The notes under the pieces were generated by a model. The model saw only the letters and a program-made list of their open reading frames with translations, made no database searches and was not told the DNA's origin. Shown here piece after piece: positions 50,292 through 63,261 of a stretch of 64,000 nt of DNA. Source of the DNA: Octopus sinensis (taxonomy: Eukaryota); NCBI RefSeq assembly GCF_006345805.1, contig NW_021833714.1:5381-69380 (forward strand), in the 5' to 3' direction. The stretch's first letter is position 1. Each line of letters starts with the position of its first letter. A program made the position numbers and the translations under genes.

Positions 50292-53200
50292 CTTTTTTTT
50301 TTCTTCTTTCAAATTTGCTTCCATTTCTTGCCGAGTGTCTTCCCGACTCCTAGGGCAAAGAAACTTATAGCATACATTGGTAGGCCATTAAACCAAACTC
50401 AGTATTTCGTTCATTTTTTTTTTTTTTTTAAGTTAAATTAAAATACATGAGCAGCAACAGTTCTCACATCGACAATGCTCTTCTCAATACGTGTGATGTA
50501 CCAGTTAAGACAATCTTTTGCACTTCTTGCAGGGATGGTAAGCCAGGGATCATTCTCATATAATTTTCGGTTCCCTTCTTGATCATTCCTAGTGCTCCTA
50601 CGATCACTGGTATTGTAACCGCCTTGAGATGCCACATTTTCTCAATTTCAATGAGTAGGTCTTTATATTTTCTGAGCTTGTCAAACTCTTTCGCTGAGAT
50701 ATTATGATCACAGGGGATGCTCATGTCGATCAATAAGCAAACTTTATTGTTTTGGTCTTTCACAACAATATCTGGTTTATTGGCCTTGATGGTTCGGTCT
50801 GTATGTACTGGAAAGTCCCACAGAATGGTTACATTTTCTCCTTCAGTTACAGCCTCAGGGTGGTGATTATACCACTTGTCGGCAGTTTTGATATTGTAAT
50901 GCCGACTTATTAGCCAGTGGAGATATTGGCCAACTCTGTCATGTCTTAATTTATACTCCACTGGTGCTAAGACTTTACATCCAGAGATTAGGTGGTCCAC
51001 TGTTTCAATCATGTCGTTGCAGAATCGGCATTTTGGGTCTGCTCCATTTTTCATCACATTGGCCTGGTAGTTCCGGGTTAATAGGCTTTGATCTTGAGCA
51101 GCCAGGATGAAACCTTCGCTCTCTGCTTTTAGCCCTGAGCTCCGTAGCCACTGATGGGTTTGCTTCTGGTCAACATCAGCTTGTTTGCTGCGGGTCACAT
51201 ATTTGCCGTGCAGAGGTTTCTCCTCCCACCTATCAGCCAATTGCTCGTGCGCTTTTTTCATTGCCATCATTTTCACCTTCTTTGCAACAATAGTTGCCGT
51301 ACTTCCCTCGGGTTGTTCAGTTTGGGTATCCTGCACGAGATCAATAGCAAATTTTTGCTTTCCTTATGATAGAATGAAGCTTCTTTCGTCTCTCGTGATT
51401 TTCCACGAGCTTTAGCATCCAGTCATTCGATATTTCGAGATATTTGGCCAGTCCAATTGTGGTTGTTTTGTAAGCTAGTTCAAATTGGATCAGGCCTCGA
51501 CCTCTTGGGCTCTGGGAAGGTAAAGGCGATCTACGTCTGCCTTTGGGTGGTGCATCCTATTACAACTCAGCAGCTTGCGTATTTTCTATCTATATTCTTT
51601 ACTTCACTCATATTCCAGTTCAACACATTGTAGCTATAAGTAACAACTGGAACTGCTAAGGAATTTATAGCTAACACCTTGTTACGTGCATTTAGTTCAG
51701 ATTTCAGGACTGCACGAACTCTCCTATAACATTCCTTCCTGATTTCTCTTTCATGCTTGCATGCTGAATACCAGAGCCTTCATTTATCCCTAAATATTTG
51801 TATGTTTGTTCTTGCTCAAGCTCTCTTATGACTGTGTCAACATCTAACACGACTGAATTTGTGGTCTTCACTTTCCCTTTCTGGAAAGTGGCCTTGGCAC
51901 ACTTCTCAAGTCCAAACTCCATCCCGATGTCATCGCTGAATGCTTTCACGGTGCGCAATAGGCCTTCAAGTTCATTATTGTCTTTACCATAAAGTTTTAA
52001 GTCATCCATATAAAATAGATGGCTTATTTTTTTATTGGCAATTTTATACCCATACCCTGTTCTGTTTAATTCACTTGTAAGGGGTATTAGGGCTATGCAG
52101 AATATTAAGGTGAAAGTGAGTCACCTTGAAAAATTCCACAGTTGATGTTTATATTTTCTGAGGCAAGTACTCCATTAGAGTGGTATAATTGGAGATTCGT
52201 ATTCCACAACGACATATTGTGCTTCAGGAAGTTTGAAATCACAGGGGAAATTTTGAAGATGTCCAGCGATCTCAAGATCCATGGATGCGGTATACTGTCG
52301 AAGGCCTTTTTGTAGTCAATCCATGCGGTGCTGAGATTTCTGCGCTTGTTGTGACAGTTCTCAAGGATCATACGATTGATTAGCAGTTGATCTTTGCATC
52401 CGTAAGAGCCTCGGCGGCACCCTTTTTGTTCAATGGGGAAAATATCGTTCTTCTCCATGAATGCATATGTTTTCTCCGCCAGGATAGATGTTAGGATTTT
52501 ATACGTGGTGGATAGACAGGTTATAGGCCGATAGTTTTTTGGAAGGTTGGTTTCGTTATTCTTTGGGAGTAGGTAAGTAATGCCACTTGCTAACCATTCA
52601 GGTGTTTTCTTTGGTCTCTCATAATTCCATTGAGCAGCTGAACTAGCTTACCGTGTGCGCATGGGAGCGATGCGAGCCAGAAATTCGGCACCCTATCTTT
52701 ACCGGGGGATTTCCAATTATGGGCCTTCGTGAGTGCCTTTCTTAGGTCTGCTATTGTGATGTCTTCCCATGCTTGTTGTTGTAAATTTTGGTAGGATCCT
52801 TCAGTTTGTATAATCCAGTCTGCATTTATGTTGTACGTCTTCTTGTCACTCCAAATCCTTTTCCAAAAGTTTTGAACTTCTTCCATGGGAGGGGGGTCTT
52901 TAACGGTTACTTTCTCCTTCCCTATTTCTCTGTAGAATTTTTTGGCATTGGATGTGAACAGCTTATTTTGCTTGTAAAACTTGTTTCTCTTCTCAAATCT
53001 TCGTATTCTTTGGGCTTTTGCTTGGACTTTTTGTTTCAGCGTTTCTTTTATTGATATCAGTTCTTCTCTTGGTGAGGATCCAAATTTTCTCTTCATCTTT
53101 CTTCCTGTTCTGGATCTTACATCATTTCCACATATTAGTTCATTTAATATTGATATTTCCCCTCTCATAAATTCAATCTCTTTTTCAATTTTACTTCTCC

Positions 53201-54254
53201 AGGTTTGATTTCTTCCCAGGTTTTGTTTTCTTTGTTTTTTCGGGGGCATACAGCTGGTTTCAATTGCCCTAGCAGAAGCGTAAATAATTTCATTTAACTC
53301 AGTAAAATCAGGTTTTAATTCTCGTATTATTTCATTTGTTACATAGTTGCCAATTTGGATTTGTTTTTTATTTTGGTTTGTATTTGAGAGTTTATGAAGT
53401 GGTTCTCTATCATTCATACTTGTATGTCTTACAACTTCAAGCGTATTCAGGATTTTCTGCCTCATTTCTGCCATAGACTCTCTGTGTTCTTCAGCAAATG
53501 CGAGATCTTCAGTTACTGTTGTTTTTTCGTTTTCCTGGCTATCTTTAACAGGTACAATAGAATTTCTTGTATCTTCAGGCCTTGCGTACTTTGGTCAGAT
53601 GGCAGTCTTTCAATTAAGCCTCGTGGCGGGCTATACTGTTCATCTGATTCTTCATTTCCTTTGTGTCTTATATTTATGTCATTTTCCGTTGCGTGCTTGA
53701 TCGCGCTTATTTCACTGTCTGTGAGTCTGTTATTTCTAAGGATATCCCTCCTCACATTTGCTAATTTGTTCTCGTCCAAATAGGGCCTACTGTCTTGATT
53801 CCGTGTTCTCCATATACTGTAAGAGTTTGCGGTGTGTCTCTCTTGAGATGGCCTACCTAATGCATAGTAATAAGCGTATATTACTTCTTTATACTCTTCT
53901 CGGGTCCATTTGTTCCGCTTACATTTTTCTTTCTGTGGTGGTTGTGGTGTGAACTTGGAGGGCTCGAGTTGGGGGATTTCCCGTTCAAGTGACCATCCAT
54001 GTCCGTATTCGGAGAAGAGTTTGTGCCAGTTGATGACTTTTCGATCCCAGGCTGGCTCTTCCCTGGGGGACGCGCTTCCAGATTAACCATAGGACAAGCG
54101 ATTTGGTATACTGATTTAGTTTTCCTTTTAGTTTCCAAAAACATTTTGGTGCTACGATAATGTTATCATTTTTTAGCTTTGATTGGCTCGTGGGGAGACG
54201 GCCATCATTGCCGTTACAATTATAATCGTACCATTATAGCAGCCGTAGTCGGCT
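50292..54254 (-). mobile_element. Near full-length R4/Dong-clade RLE non-LTR retrotransposon in (TAA)n
   Basis: 3' UTR ends in an A-run plus (TAA)n; 5' end abuts a TAA-like repeat; all protein domains in order. Confidence 0.95.
50464..54090 (-). pseudogene. Single LINE ORF (N-terminal domain, RT, CCHC knuckle, restriction-like endonuclease), broken by several frameshifts
   Basis: KWTREEY; NWKSPGKD; EQKGCRRGSYGCKDQLLIN; AWIDYKKAFDSIPH; GIFQGDSLSP; MDDLKLY; KYLG; CRFCNDMIETVDHLISGC; KPDIVVKD..LIDMSIP; ORF pieces 53513-53779, 52590-53474, 52105-52458, 51704-52009, 50464-51336. Confidence 0.95.
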
Positions 54255-54613
54255 TATTATTGTTATTATCATCACCATTACCATCACTATCATCATTATC
54301 ACCACCATTACCATCATCATTATCATCATCACCATCACCATCACCATCACCACCATCATCATCAATGATATTGTTTTATGTGTAGTCACAGCAGTATCTT
54401 ATTATTGTTATTTTTGTTTTTTATCCTTATCACCATCACAGTGGTGTCTGTCTGTCTCGTTGGCTGGCTTGATGGTTGGCTGGCTGACTGTCTTCAACAC
54501 CAGAGTTCTTGCCTGTCAAATAATACTTTCTTTGTGTTTGTTGAACTCTTTGAGTGTGTGTGTGTGTGTGTAGATAGATAGATAGATTATCAGCACTATT
54601 ACTATCATTATTA

Positions 54614-54665
<52 letters not shown>

Positions 54666-54714
54666 GACGATGATGGTGAAGATGATGATGATGATCATCA
54701 TCATTATTATTTCC

Positions 54715-55140
54715 ATTTCATTTCTCAGAAATCTCGATTTCACTTGCTCTGGTTAATTCTGTAAGAGCGGACAACAACCTGGATCTCACGGGCTCTCTAC
54801 CCACAGTACTTGACGTCCAAGCTCTGATTTCAGAATCCTCGATGACTCCAATAGAACAATTTTCTGAGCACGTTTCGCTACCATGTCAACCCTAATTTCC
54901 CCAACAAATTTCTCAAATCCGGTTGTTAATGTTCCCAATGCTCCACCAAACTACCGGGATCACAGTTATTTTCTTCATTGCCCTCATTCGTGCAATGTTA
55001 TTTTTTAGTGGCTTGCACTTTCAAAATGAATTGTAAAATCCCACGAGAATTTTTTTAACTCATTATCCTCGGTGACGCTTTTTGGATTGCCCTCTTATCA
55101 TTTCAATGTCCTTTCAAGACCGTTCTTCTCACACAATCGC
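54715..55140 (-). mobile_element. Old Dong-like LINE 3' fragment (third subfamily)
   Basis: Minus strand ARMRAMKKITVIPVV..GALGTLTTGFEKFVGEI..AQKIVLLESSRIL; 3' side runs into (TAA)/(CAT) repeats. Confidence 0.75.
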
Positions 55141-55967
55141 CAATGGATATACTTAGCTATGTTCCCATGACTCCTCCACCTTCTCCTCCTCCACCTCCTC
55201 CTCCAACTCCTCCTCCTCCTCCTCCACCTCTCCTCGTTATTATTATTGCTGTTTTGGTTCTTCTTATTATTATTGTTATTGTCATCTATGTATTAATACA
55301 CTGCGGGCGAATTGCCTTTCGCTGTCACAGGTGAAGGAAGAGGCAAAGAACGAGAGAGAAGTGTTAACGACGTGAGGTTGGGGGGAAGTAATAGTTATCA
55401 TGCTAAGAAGCTGTCATGTGATTAATTCAAGGGGAAAATGAACCGACAGAGAGGGGGAGGGAGAGAGTGAGTGAGTGTGAGAAAGAGAGAGAGAGAGAGA
55501 GATAGATAGAATGTTAGCACTGAGAGACAAGAGAAATGGTATTGCTCTTGCGTTAGTGTGGTTAGTTGAGGAAAGCGATAAAAAGCAGAGAGAGATATTA
55601 GCATGTTAAGTTCTGAAGGCATGTGGTTTAGTTAAAACGAGATGCAAAGAGAAAGAGAGGGAGAAAGCGAGTGAGTGTTGCTTGAATGAATGTGGGAGTG
55701 AAAAGTAGTTTCATGATTTTAAACGTCGTAATAGAATATTGTGACAGACACTAAAAATAAAACTATAATTGTTACAGGTTTTAATGTTCAATCGTTTCTA
55801 TGTCTTCAATTTGTCGATGTATCTATGTGGATTCGTAGATTTAGTGACGGAGAGAAGACAGGAAGAAGGATGGCTAGATATATCGATACAGTTCAATCGA
55901 AGTGAAGTAACCTTAGCAAATACCTGTGGATGTTATTTTTACCCTTATTACCTTCTTATGTCCGCAG

Positions 55968-56018
55968 CCAGAAAGCTGAGGCTATACTGGAGCACTGCAG
56001 TTATTTCGGTTCTTTTGG
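55968..56018 (+). CDS. Candidate 51-nt internal exon of an unidentified host gene
   Basis: Acceptor ccttattaccttcttatgtccgcag| and donor GG|gtgagt; length is a multiple of 3; open as QKAEAILEHCSYFGSF (or RKLRLYWSTAVISVLL); lies in non-repeat sequence; protein not recognised. Confidence 0.45.
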
Positions 56019-56049
56019 GTGAGTGGATTTTTTTTGTTTAAATGTGTAA

Positions 56050-56109
<60 letters not shown>

Positions 56110-56144
56110 GGAGGAGGGAGGGAGGGAGGGGGAGGGGAGAGGGA

Positions 56145-56182
<38 letters not shown>

Positions 56183-56195
56183 CTGACTGACTGAC

Positions 56196-56230
<35 letters not shown>

Positions 56231-56816
56231 CTGACTGATTGATTGATTGATTGATTGATTGATGATTGATTGATTGATTGATTGCTCCTTGTGTGGATTT
56301 TTTACATCTCAGAATCAAGTGCTTAACAAAGACTGTACAATTTCATCGTACAATTTTCTAAATAACTGCAGAATTTCCGTGGTGATATGATGTCCTTACG
56401 TTCTGAGTTCAAATTTTACCAAGGTCGATTTTGCCTTTCATCCTTTCAGGGTCGATAAATTAAGTACCATTGGAGTACTGGGATTGATGTAATCGACTTA
56501 CCCATTCCCATAACATTTCTGGCATTGTGCCTTTAGTAGAAAGGATTATTATCATCATCATCAACATCATTATTATTACTATTATTATTATCATCATCAT
56601 CATCATCATCATCATCATTATTATGATTATTATTATTATTATGATTATTATTATTATTGTTATTATTATTTTTATTATCATCATCATCATCATCATCATC
56701 ATCATTATTATTATTATTATGATTATTATTATTTTTATTATTATCATCATCATCATTATTATTATTATTATTATTATATTATTATTATTATTATTATTAT
56801 TATATTATTATTATTA

Positions 56817-56853
<37 letters not shown>

Positions 56854-56870
56854 CATTATTATTATTATTA

Positions 56871-56916
<46 letters not shown>

Positions 56917-57627
56917 GACAGCGAGCTGGCAGAATCCTTAGCACGTTGGGCGAAATGCTTAGTGGTATTTCTGAATTCAAATCCTACCGAGGCTGACTTT
57001 GCCTTTCATCTTTTCAGGGCCGATTAATTAAATACCAGTTGAACACTGGGGTCGATGTGATCGACACATCTCCTCCCACAAAATGGCTGCCTTTGTGGCA
57101 AGATTTAAAACCATTATTATTGTTGTTGTTGTTGTTGTTAAGACGGTAAGCGGGCGGAATCGTTGGCATGCCGGACAAGATGCAGTTTCACATTGTGAAT
57201 CAGGTGACATCTGTAGATTCTCAATGTGCCTGAAGCAGAAACAGATGTTAGACATGTGTTAGCATATGTGCGTGGATGTGTATTGTGTGTTGTGTGCATG
57301 TGTGTGTATATTTGTGTGTGTGTGTGTGTGCGCGCGCGCATGTGTGTGTGTTTGTGTGTGTGTGTGCGTGTGTGCGTGTGTGTGTGTTTGTGTGTGTTTG
57401 TGTATGTGCGTGTTTTTATGTGTGTGCGTGTTTGTGTGTATGTGTGTGTGTGTGTGTTGGATGGGTACGTGCCTATGTGTATGCGTGCACGCATGGGTGT
57501 GTTTGTGTGTGTGTTTGTTTGTGTGTTTGTATGCGTGTGTGTGTGTTTGTATGTGCGCGCGCGTGTGTGTGTGTTTGTGTGTGTATATGTGCGTGTGTGT
57601 GTGCTTTGTGTGCGTGCGTGTTTGTGC

Positions 57628-57858
57628 GTGCTTGCGTGTGTGTGTGTTTGCCCGCCATTAACACCACTGCTTGACCACTGGTGTTGTTTTTATACTTTTT
57701 ACATCTTAGTATTTCAGCAAAACGAAATCAAATAGAATAAGAACCAATTTTTTAAAAAATCAATCCTGGGATCGATTTCTTCGACGGAACCCTTTAAGGC
57801 ACAGCCCCAGCATGGCCACTCTCCAGTGACTGAAACAAGTGGAAAGATAAAAGGATAT
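57628..57858 (+). repeat. Diverged SINE-B 3' half, locally duplicated at 59693-59923
   Basis: The two copies share private changes versus other SINE-B copies and differ at only a few positions. Confidence 0.85.
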
Positions 57859-58150
57859 TTATGAGATGTAGGTGTTTATTTCGCTGTTCTATAAATTATT
57901 TTGTAATCACCTGATATGAAGAGACACAGAGTAGTGACTCTTTTATTTCACATATAAGATTACAAGTGTTTAATTACAATGAATGTCAGGTATGATGTTT
58001 TAAAGAGAGTAATCATACCTCTTGGGAAGTGTGTACCGCAGTTAAATTATTGAATAGTGTCATTTATTACTTCATTAGATTCATTTCTATTATAAGCACA
58101 AGGGGGAGGGGTAGTCGATCAGATCGACCCCAGTGCCAAACTGTTACTTA

Positions 58151-58795
58151 ATTTATTGACAGATTGAAAGGCAGGATGAAAGGCAATTTATCGACAGGAT
58201 AAAAGGCAATTTATCGACAGGTTGAAAGGCAATTTATTAGCAGGATAAAAGGCAATTTACCGTCAGGATGAAAGGCAATTTATCGACAGGATGAAAGCCT
58301 ATTTATGGACAGGATTAAAGGCAATTTATCGACAAGATGAAAGGTAATTTATCGACAGGATAAAAGGCAATTTATCGACAGGATGAAAGGCAATTTATCG
58401 ACAAGATGAAAGGCAATTTATTATCAGGATAAAAGGCAATTTATCGACAAGATGAAAGGCAATTTATCGACAGGACGAAAGGCAATTTATCATCAGGATA
58501 AAAGGCAATTTATCGACAAGATGAAAGGGAATTTATCGACAGGATTAAAGGGAATTTATCGACAGGATTAAAGGCAATTTATCGACACGATGAAAGGTAA
58601 TTTATCGACAGGATAAAAGGCAATTTATCGACAGGATAAAAGGCAATTTATCGACTGGATGAAAGGCAATTTATCGACAGGATGAAAGCCTATTTATGGA
58701 CAGGATAAAAGGCAATTTATCGACTGGATGAAAGGCAATTTATCGACTGGATGAAAGCCTATTTATGGACAGGATAAAAGGCAATTTATCGACAG
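58151..58795. repeat. 23-bp minisatellite (~27 units) derived from the SINE-A core
   Basis: Unit AGGAT(G/A)AAAGGCAATTTATCGAC; grows directly out of a minus-strand SINE-A at ~58100-58170. Confidence 0.9.
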
Positions 58796-59060
58796 AAAGC
58801 CTTGTGAGTGGATTTGGTAGACGGAGACTGAGGGAGGCCTGTCGTATATATGTATATATATGTGTGTGTGTGCGTTTGTGTGTCTGTCTTTGTCCCCCTA
58901 ACATCGCTTGACAACCGATGCTGGTGTGTTTACGTCCCCGTAATTTAGCGATTCGGCATAAGAGACTGATAGAATAAGTACCAGGTTTAGAAAGAATAAG
59001 TCCTGTGGTCGATTTGCTCGACTAAAGGCGGTGCTCCTGCATGGTCGCACTCAAATGACT
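58796..59060 (+). mobile_element. SINE-B lacking its head
   Basis: Starts at AAAGCCTTGTGAGTGGATTTGGTAGACGG; tail GGCGGTGCTCCTGCATGG. Confidence 0.85.
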
Positions 59061-59970
59061 TTTGGTTCTGTTATTGCTTGGGAGGAACTTCTAGATATGC
59101 TGATGTTCGAAGGTGGGTTGAACCAAATTCAATTTATTTTCGCTTTTGTTCTGTCGTTGTGTAAGAGGCGTTTCTTCTACCCTAGTTCCTCGATAAAGAA
59201 ATTTTTGTTCTTGCGCACATATAATAGATGCCAGCCAGGTTTAAATGAAACATTGGAAACCCCATTACAGACACCACCTATGGGAGTCTTGATTGTGGTT
59301 TAGGCATTTAATAAGATCTATAATCAGGTTTTGCTAAATGCCTAAAACGTTAACTAATTTAAGCTGACAGTAATAGTGCGGGTTTTAATAATATAGCAAC
59401 CAGCCGTCAATTGGTACGACGAAAATGTTGACACCAAATAATAAGTGTTTAAGTTAAATCAACAGACTTCATGTGTCTTTTTCTCTTTTGTCTTGTGAGC
59501 GGCTAGTATGTACCTTCTCTGCTGTAATTATTTAAATTTCAACATATCGTCTCAGATCAAATCACTTGCCTGACAAGTATTTCTCCGACATATATGTGTG
59601 TGGGGGGGAGGGTGTATGTATGTATGTATGTACATATGTGTATGTATGTATGTATGTACGTGTGTGTGTGTGGAAAGTTTCTGGCTTTGTGTGTGCTTGC
59701 GTGTGTGTGTGTGTTTGCCCGTATTAATACCACTGCTTGACCACTGGTGTTGTTTTTATACTTTTTACGTCTTAGTATTTCAGCAAAACGAAATCAAATA
59801 GAATAAGAACCAATTTTTTAAAAATCAATCCTGGGATCGATTTCTTCGACGGAACCCTTCAAGGCGAAGCCCCAGCATGGCCGCTCTCCAGTGACTGAAA
59901 CAAGTGGAAAGATAAAAGGATATGTGTGTGTAGTATGTATGTATGTATGTATGTATGTACGTGTGTGTGT

Positions 59971-60170
59971 GTGTGGAAAGTTTCTGGTTTGGGTAAAAGA
60001 AAATGCAGGATCGGTTGATTATGATTTTATTTAACGTATTTATCTGTCAGATCCATACACTCATTGCAGCGGTCCTTCAGTTTTTCTAAGCCCTGTAAAA
60101 GAACTCGGAAGGTTCGGCCTCCAACCAGACATTTCGCGACACCCTTAAAGCCAGGAATTTTTGAGCACCC
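59971..60170. mobile_element. Second, eroded copy of the mariner-type MITE
   Basis: Internal sequence and right TIR AAAGCCAGGAATTTTTGAGCACCC match 24285-24498. Confidence 0.75.
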
Positions 60171-61225
60171 AAGAGGTTCTCTCATTTTTTCTTGCATAGG
60201 TTTCACGACTGTGCATTATAACTTTGCATTAAATGACCCAATTGCAACAGAATGATCTGTAATAGTTAAGCATCGAAATACTCTTAGAACATTCAATGCA
60301 CAGTTCCAGACAACCACAATGGTGGAACGTACGTAGGAACAGATGATGTAAACTCGTGTTTTTCTTAACTTCTCTTTCATTTGCTCAATGTATCATAACT
60401 AATAATATTATTAAGTATATGTAACTATAGTAACACCGATAAGGAGGTGCTTTATTCCGTTCACCAAAGTGAATGGTGCATAAGCCAGGAGGAACTGGTG
60501 CCATCAAACATTTTCCAACGTTCAGTAGATGCTTCGTCCCGCTGGTGGGTCAACAGAGGTGACCAATTCACTGTTCCTCACTCCCTCCTGGCTTCCAGCT
60601 TAACTCCTCTCTCTTTGCTCCAAAGCCAACAAGAGGATCTTTCAGATGTCTCTCCCAGCCTGCGCACAGTCACCCTTCGCTCCATTTCCTCTCAATCCAA
60701 TGGTTGTAAGCGACCTCCATGCCGACTGAGCAGGATATCTTCGACTGAGAAAAAGCCATACCTGCCATCCCTTCTATATTGGAAGCAGACTGGATAATGG
60801 TAATATATGTGGAACTCTAAACCCAGCAGGTGCGGCACTATACCTATTTCTACTCACAAGATACACTACCTGCGCGCGTGCGTGTATGAGTGTGTGCGCG
60901 TGTCTGTGCAAGAGAGGGAGAGAGTGGGGGGCAAAAAACGTAGAGATAGCAATTTCTATAATTTGCAATCATTTATTGTTTTTTTTTTTTTTTTTTCATT
61001 TCCAGTTTTGTATCGGTCGACGAGGAAAAGGGTGAGTGATTGAAAACTCGATGCAGAAATGTAATTTCTGCTAGACTAAACACTCTGAGAATCTATACAC
61101 TCCAGACAAAATGAAGATGATAATAATATCAAGCACTTTTGTCTTTCACTAAAACAAAAAAAAACAACAGAATATGGACATACATACATACTAACACTTG
61201 TATATATATATATATATATCTGTGC

Positions 61226-61276
<51 letters not shown>

Positions 61277-61465
61277 ATATATATATACACACACATAAAA
61301 ATATATATTATATACTATAGAAATACATATATATGTATACGTATATACAAATATATATATATATATGCACACATATATACATATATATACAAATATATAT
61401 ATGCACACATATATACATATATGCATATTATGTATGTGCGTACATACATATGTATATAATATATA

Positions 61466-61496
<31 letters not shown>

Positions 61497-61683
61497 AACA
61501 TATATATAATTATATATATAGGTAGGTAGGTAGTAGGTATAGATAGATAGATAGATAGATAATAGGTAGTAGGTAGGTAGGTAGGCAGGTAGGTAAGTAG
61601 GTGGTAGGTAGGTAGGTAGGTGAGTAGGTAGATAGACAGATAGATAGATATAGATAGAGAGATAGATAGATAGATAGATAGAT

Positions 61684-61752
<69 letters not shown>

Positions 61753-61988
61753 CAGATAGACACGTATATATCTATACGTACATATAGATATATACACCCA
61801 CATATATATATACATATATTATATCGGTATAATATAAGTATTTTTTAGGCGTCTTTATTATACAATATGACTGTGTATGTATGCGTGTAATACGTGCTAG
61901 TTCGATTGTGTGTGTGTTCGTATGTGTCTGCGCGGGTGTCCAGCCGTCCAGGCATGTAGTTTTTCTCTGTGTATGTGTGTTTATTCGT

Positions 61989-62052
<64 letters not shown>

Positions 62053-62360
62053 TTAAACTTTACTCCAAAAAGAGAGCTACTTTGGATGACATTTAATAAA
62101 TCTTTCAGTTAGAGTTTATTAAATGTCAGCGAATTAGGAGAGACAGACGGAAGAACCGTTTGTGACACAAAACACAGAAATTAAACTTTTAACGGTGGCC
62201 ATTTTGCTTAAATGCATATACATATATAAATTTATATATATACATATATACATATCCATATATATACACATATATATATACATATACATATATATACATA
62301 TATATATATACATATATATATACATATATATACATGATATACATATATACATATATATAC

Positions 62361-62410
<50 letters not shown>

Positions 62411-62941
62411 ATATATATATATACGTTATATATATATATTATACATATATATATACATCTATTATATATACATATATATATATATATATACATATATATA
62501 TGTATGTATTAATAATATACGTATATATATATATATATATATACTATATATATATACTATATATTTATACATATATATATATTACATATATATATATACT
62601 ATTATATATATATCTATATATATATATATCAATATATACATATATATATATTATACATAATATATGCATATTATGTATATGTATATGCGTATGCATATGT
62701 GCAGACACAAATAAACAAACACGAATGTGTGTGTATGTATTTTATTAAGTTACGTTGGTGTATATATGATAGTCTGGTCGGTACAGTGATGCAGTGACAG
62801 TGATATATCCTCTATCGTTCTCTCTCTTTCTCTCTCTCTCTATATATATATATATTTGTGTGTGTGTGTGTGTATTCTTTTACTATTTTACTCTTTTATT
62901 TGTTTGTCATTTGAATGCGGCCATACTGGAGCAAATATATA

Positions 62942-62976
<35 letters not shown>

Positions 62977-63261
62977 ATATATACACACACACATACACAC
63001 ACACACACTCATATATATATATACACACACGCACACACATGTATAAAGCGGCCAGCTGCCGGATTCATCAGCACATTTGACAAAATGCTTAGCGGCATTT
63101 CGTTTGCGCTTACTTTCTTAGTTCAAATTCCGCCGCGGTCGACCCCTCTTGGGGTCAATGAGCACTGATGATGACATAATCAACCGGAAACTGATGGCCT
63201 TGCGTCAGCATCTGAAACCTATATATATATGTATATAAATATATATATATATATAATAAAA

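Noticed and set aside
58151-58795. CRISPR-like regular array
   Set aside because: Units are head-to-tail with no unique spacers, derive from a SINE, and there are no cas genes in this eukaryotic context
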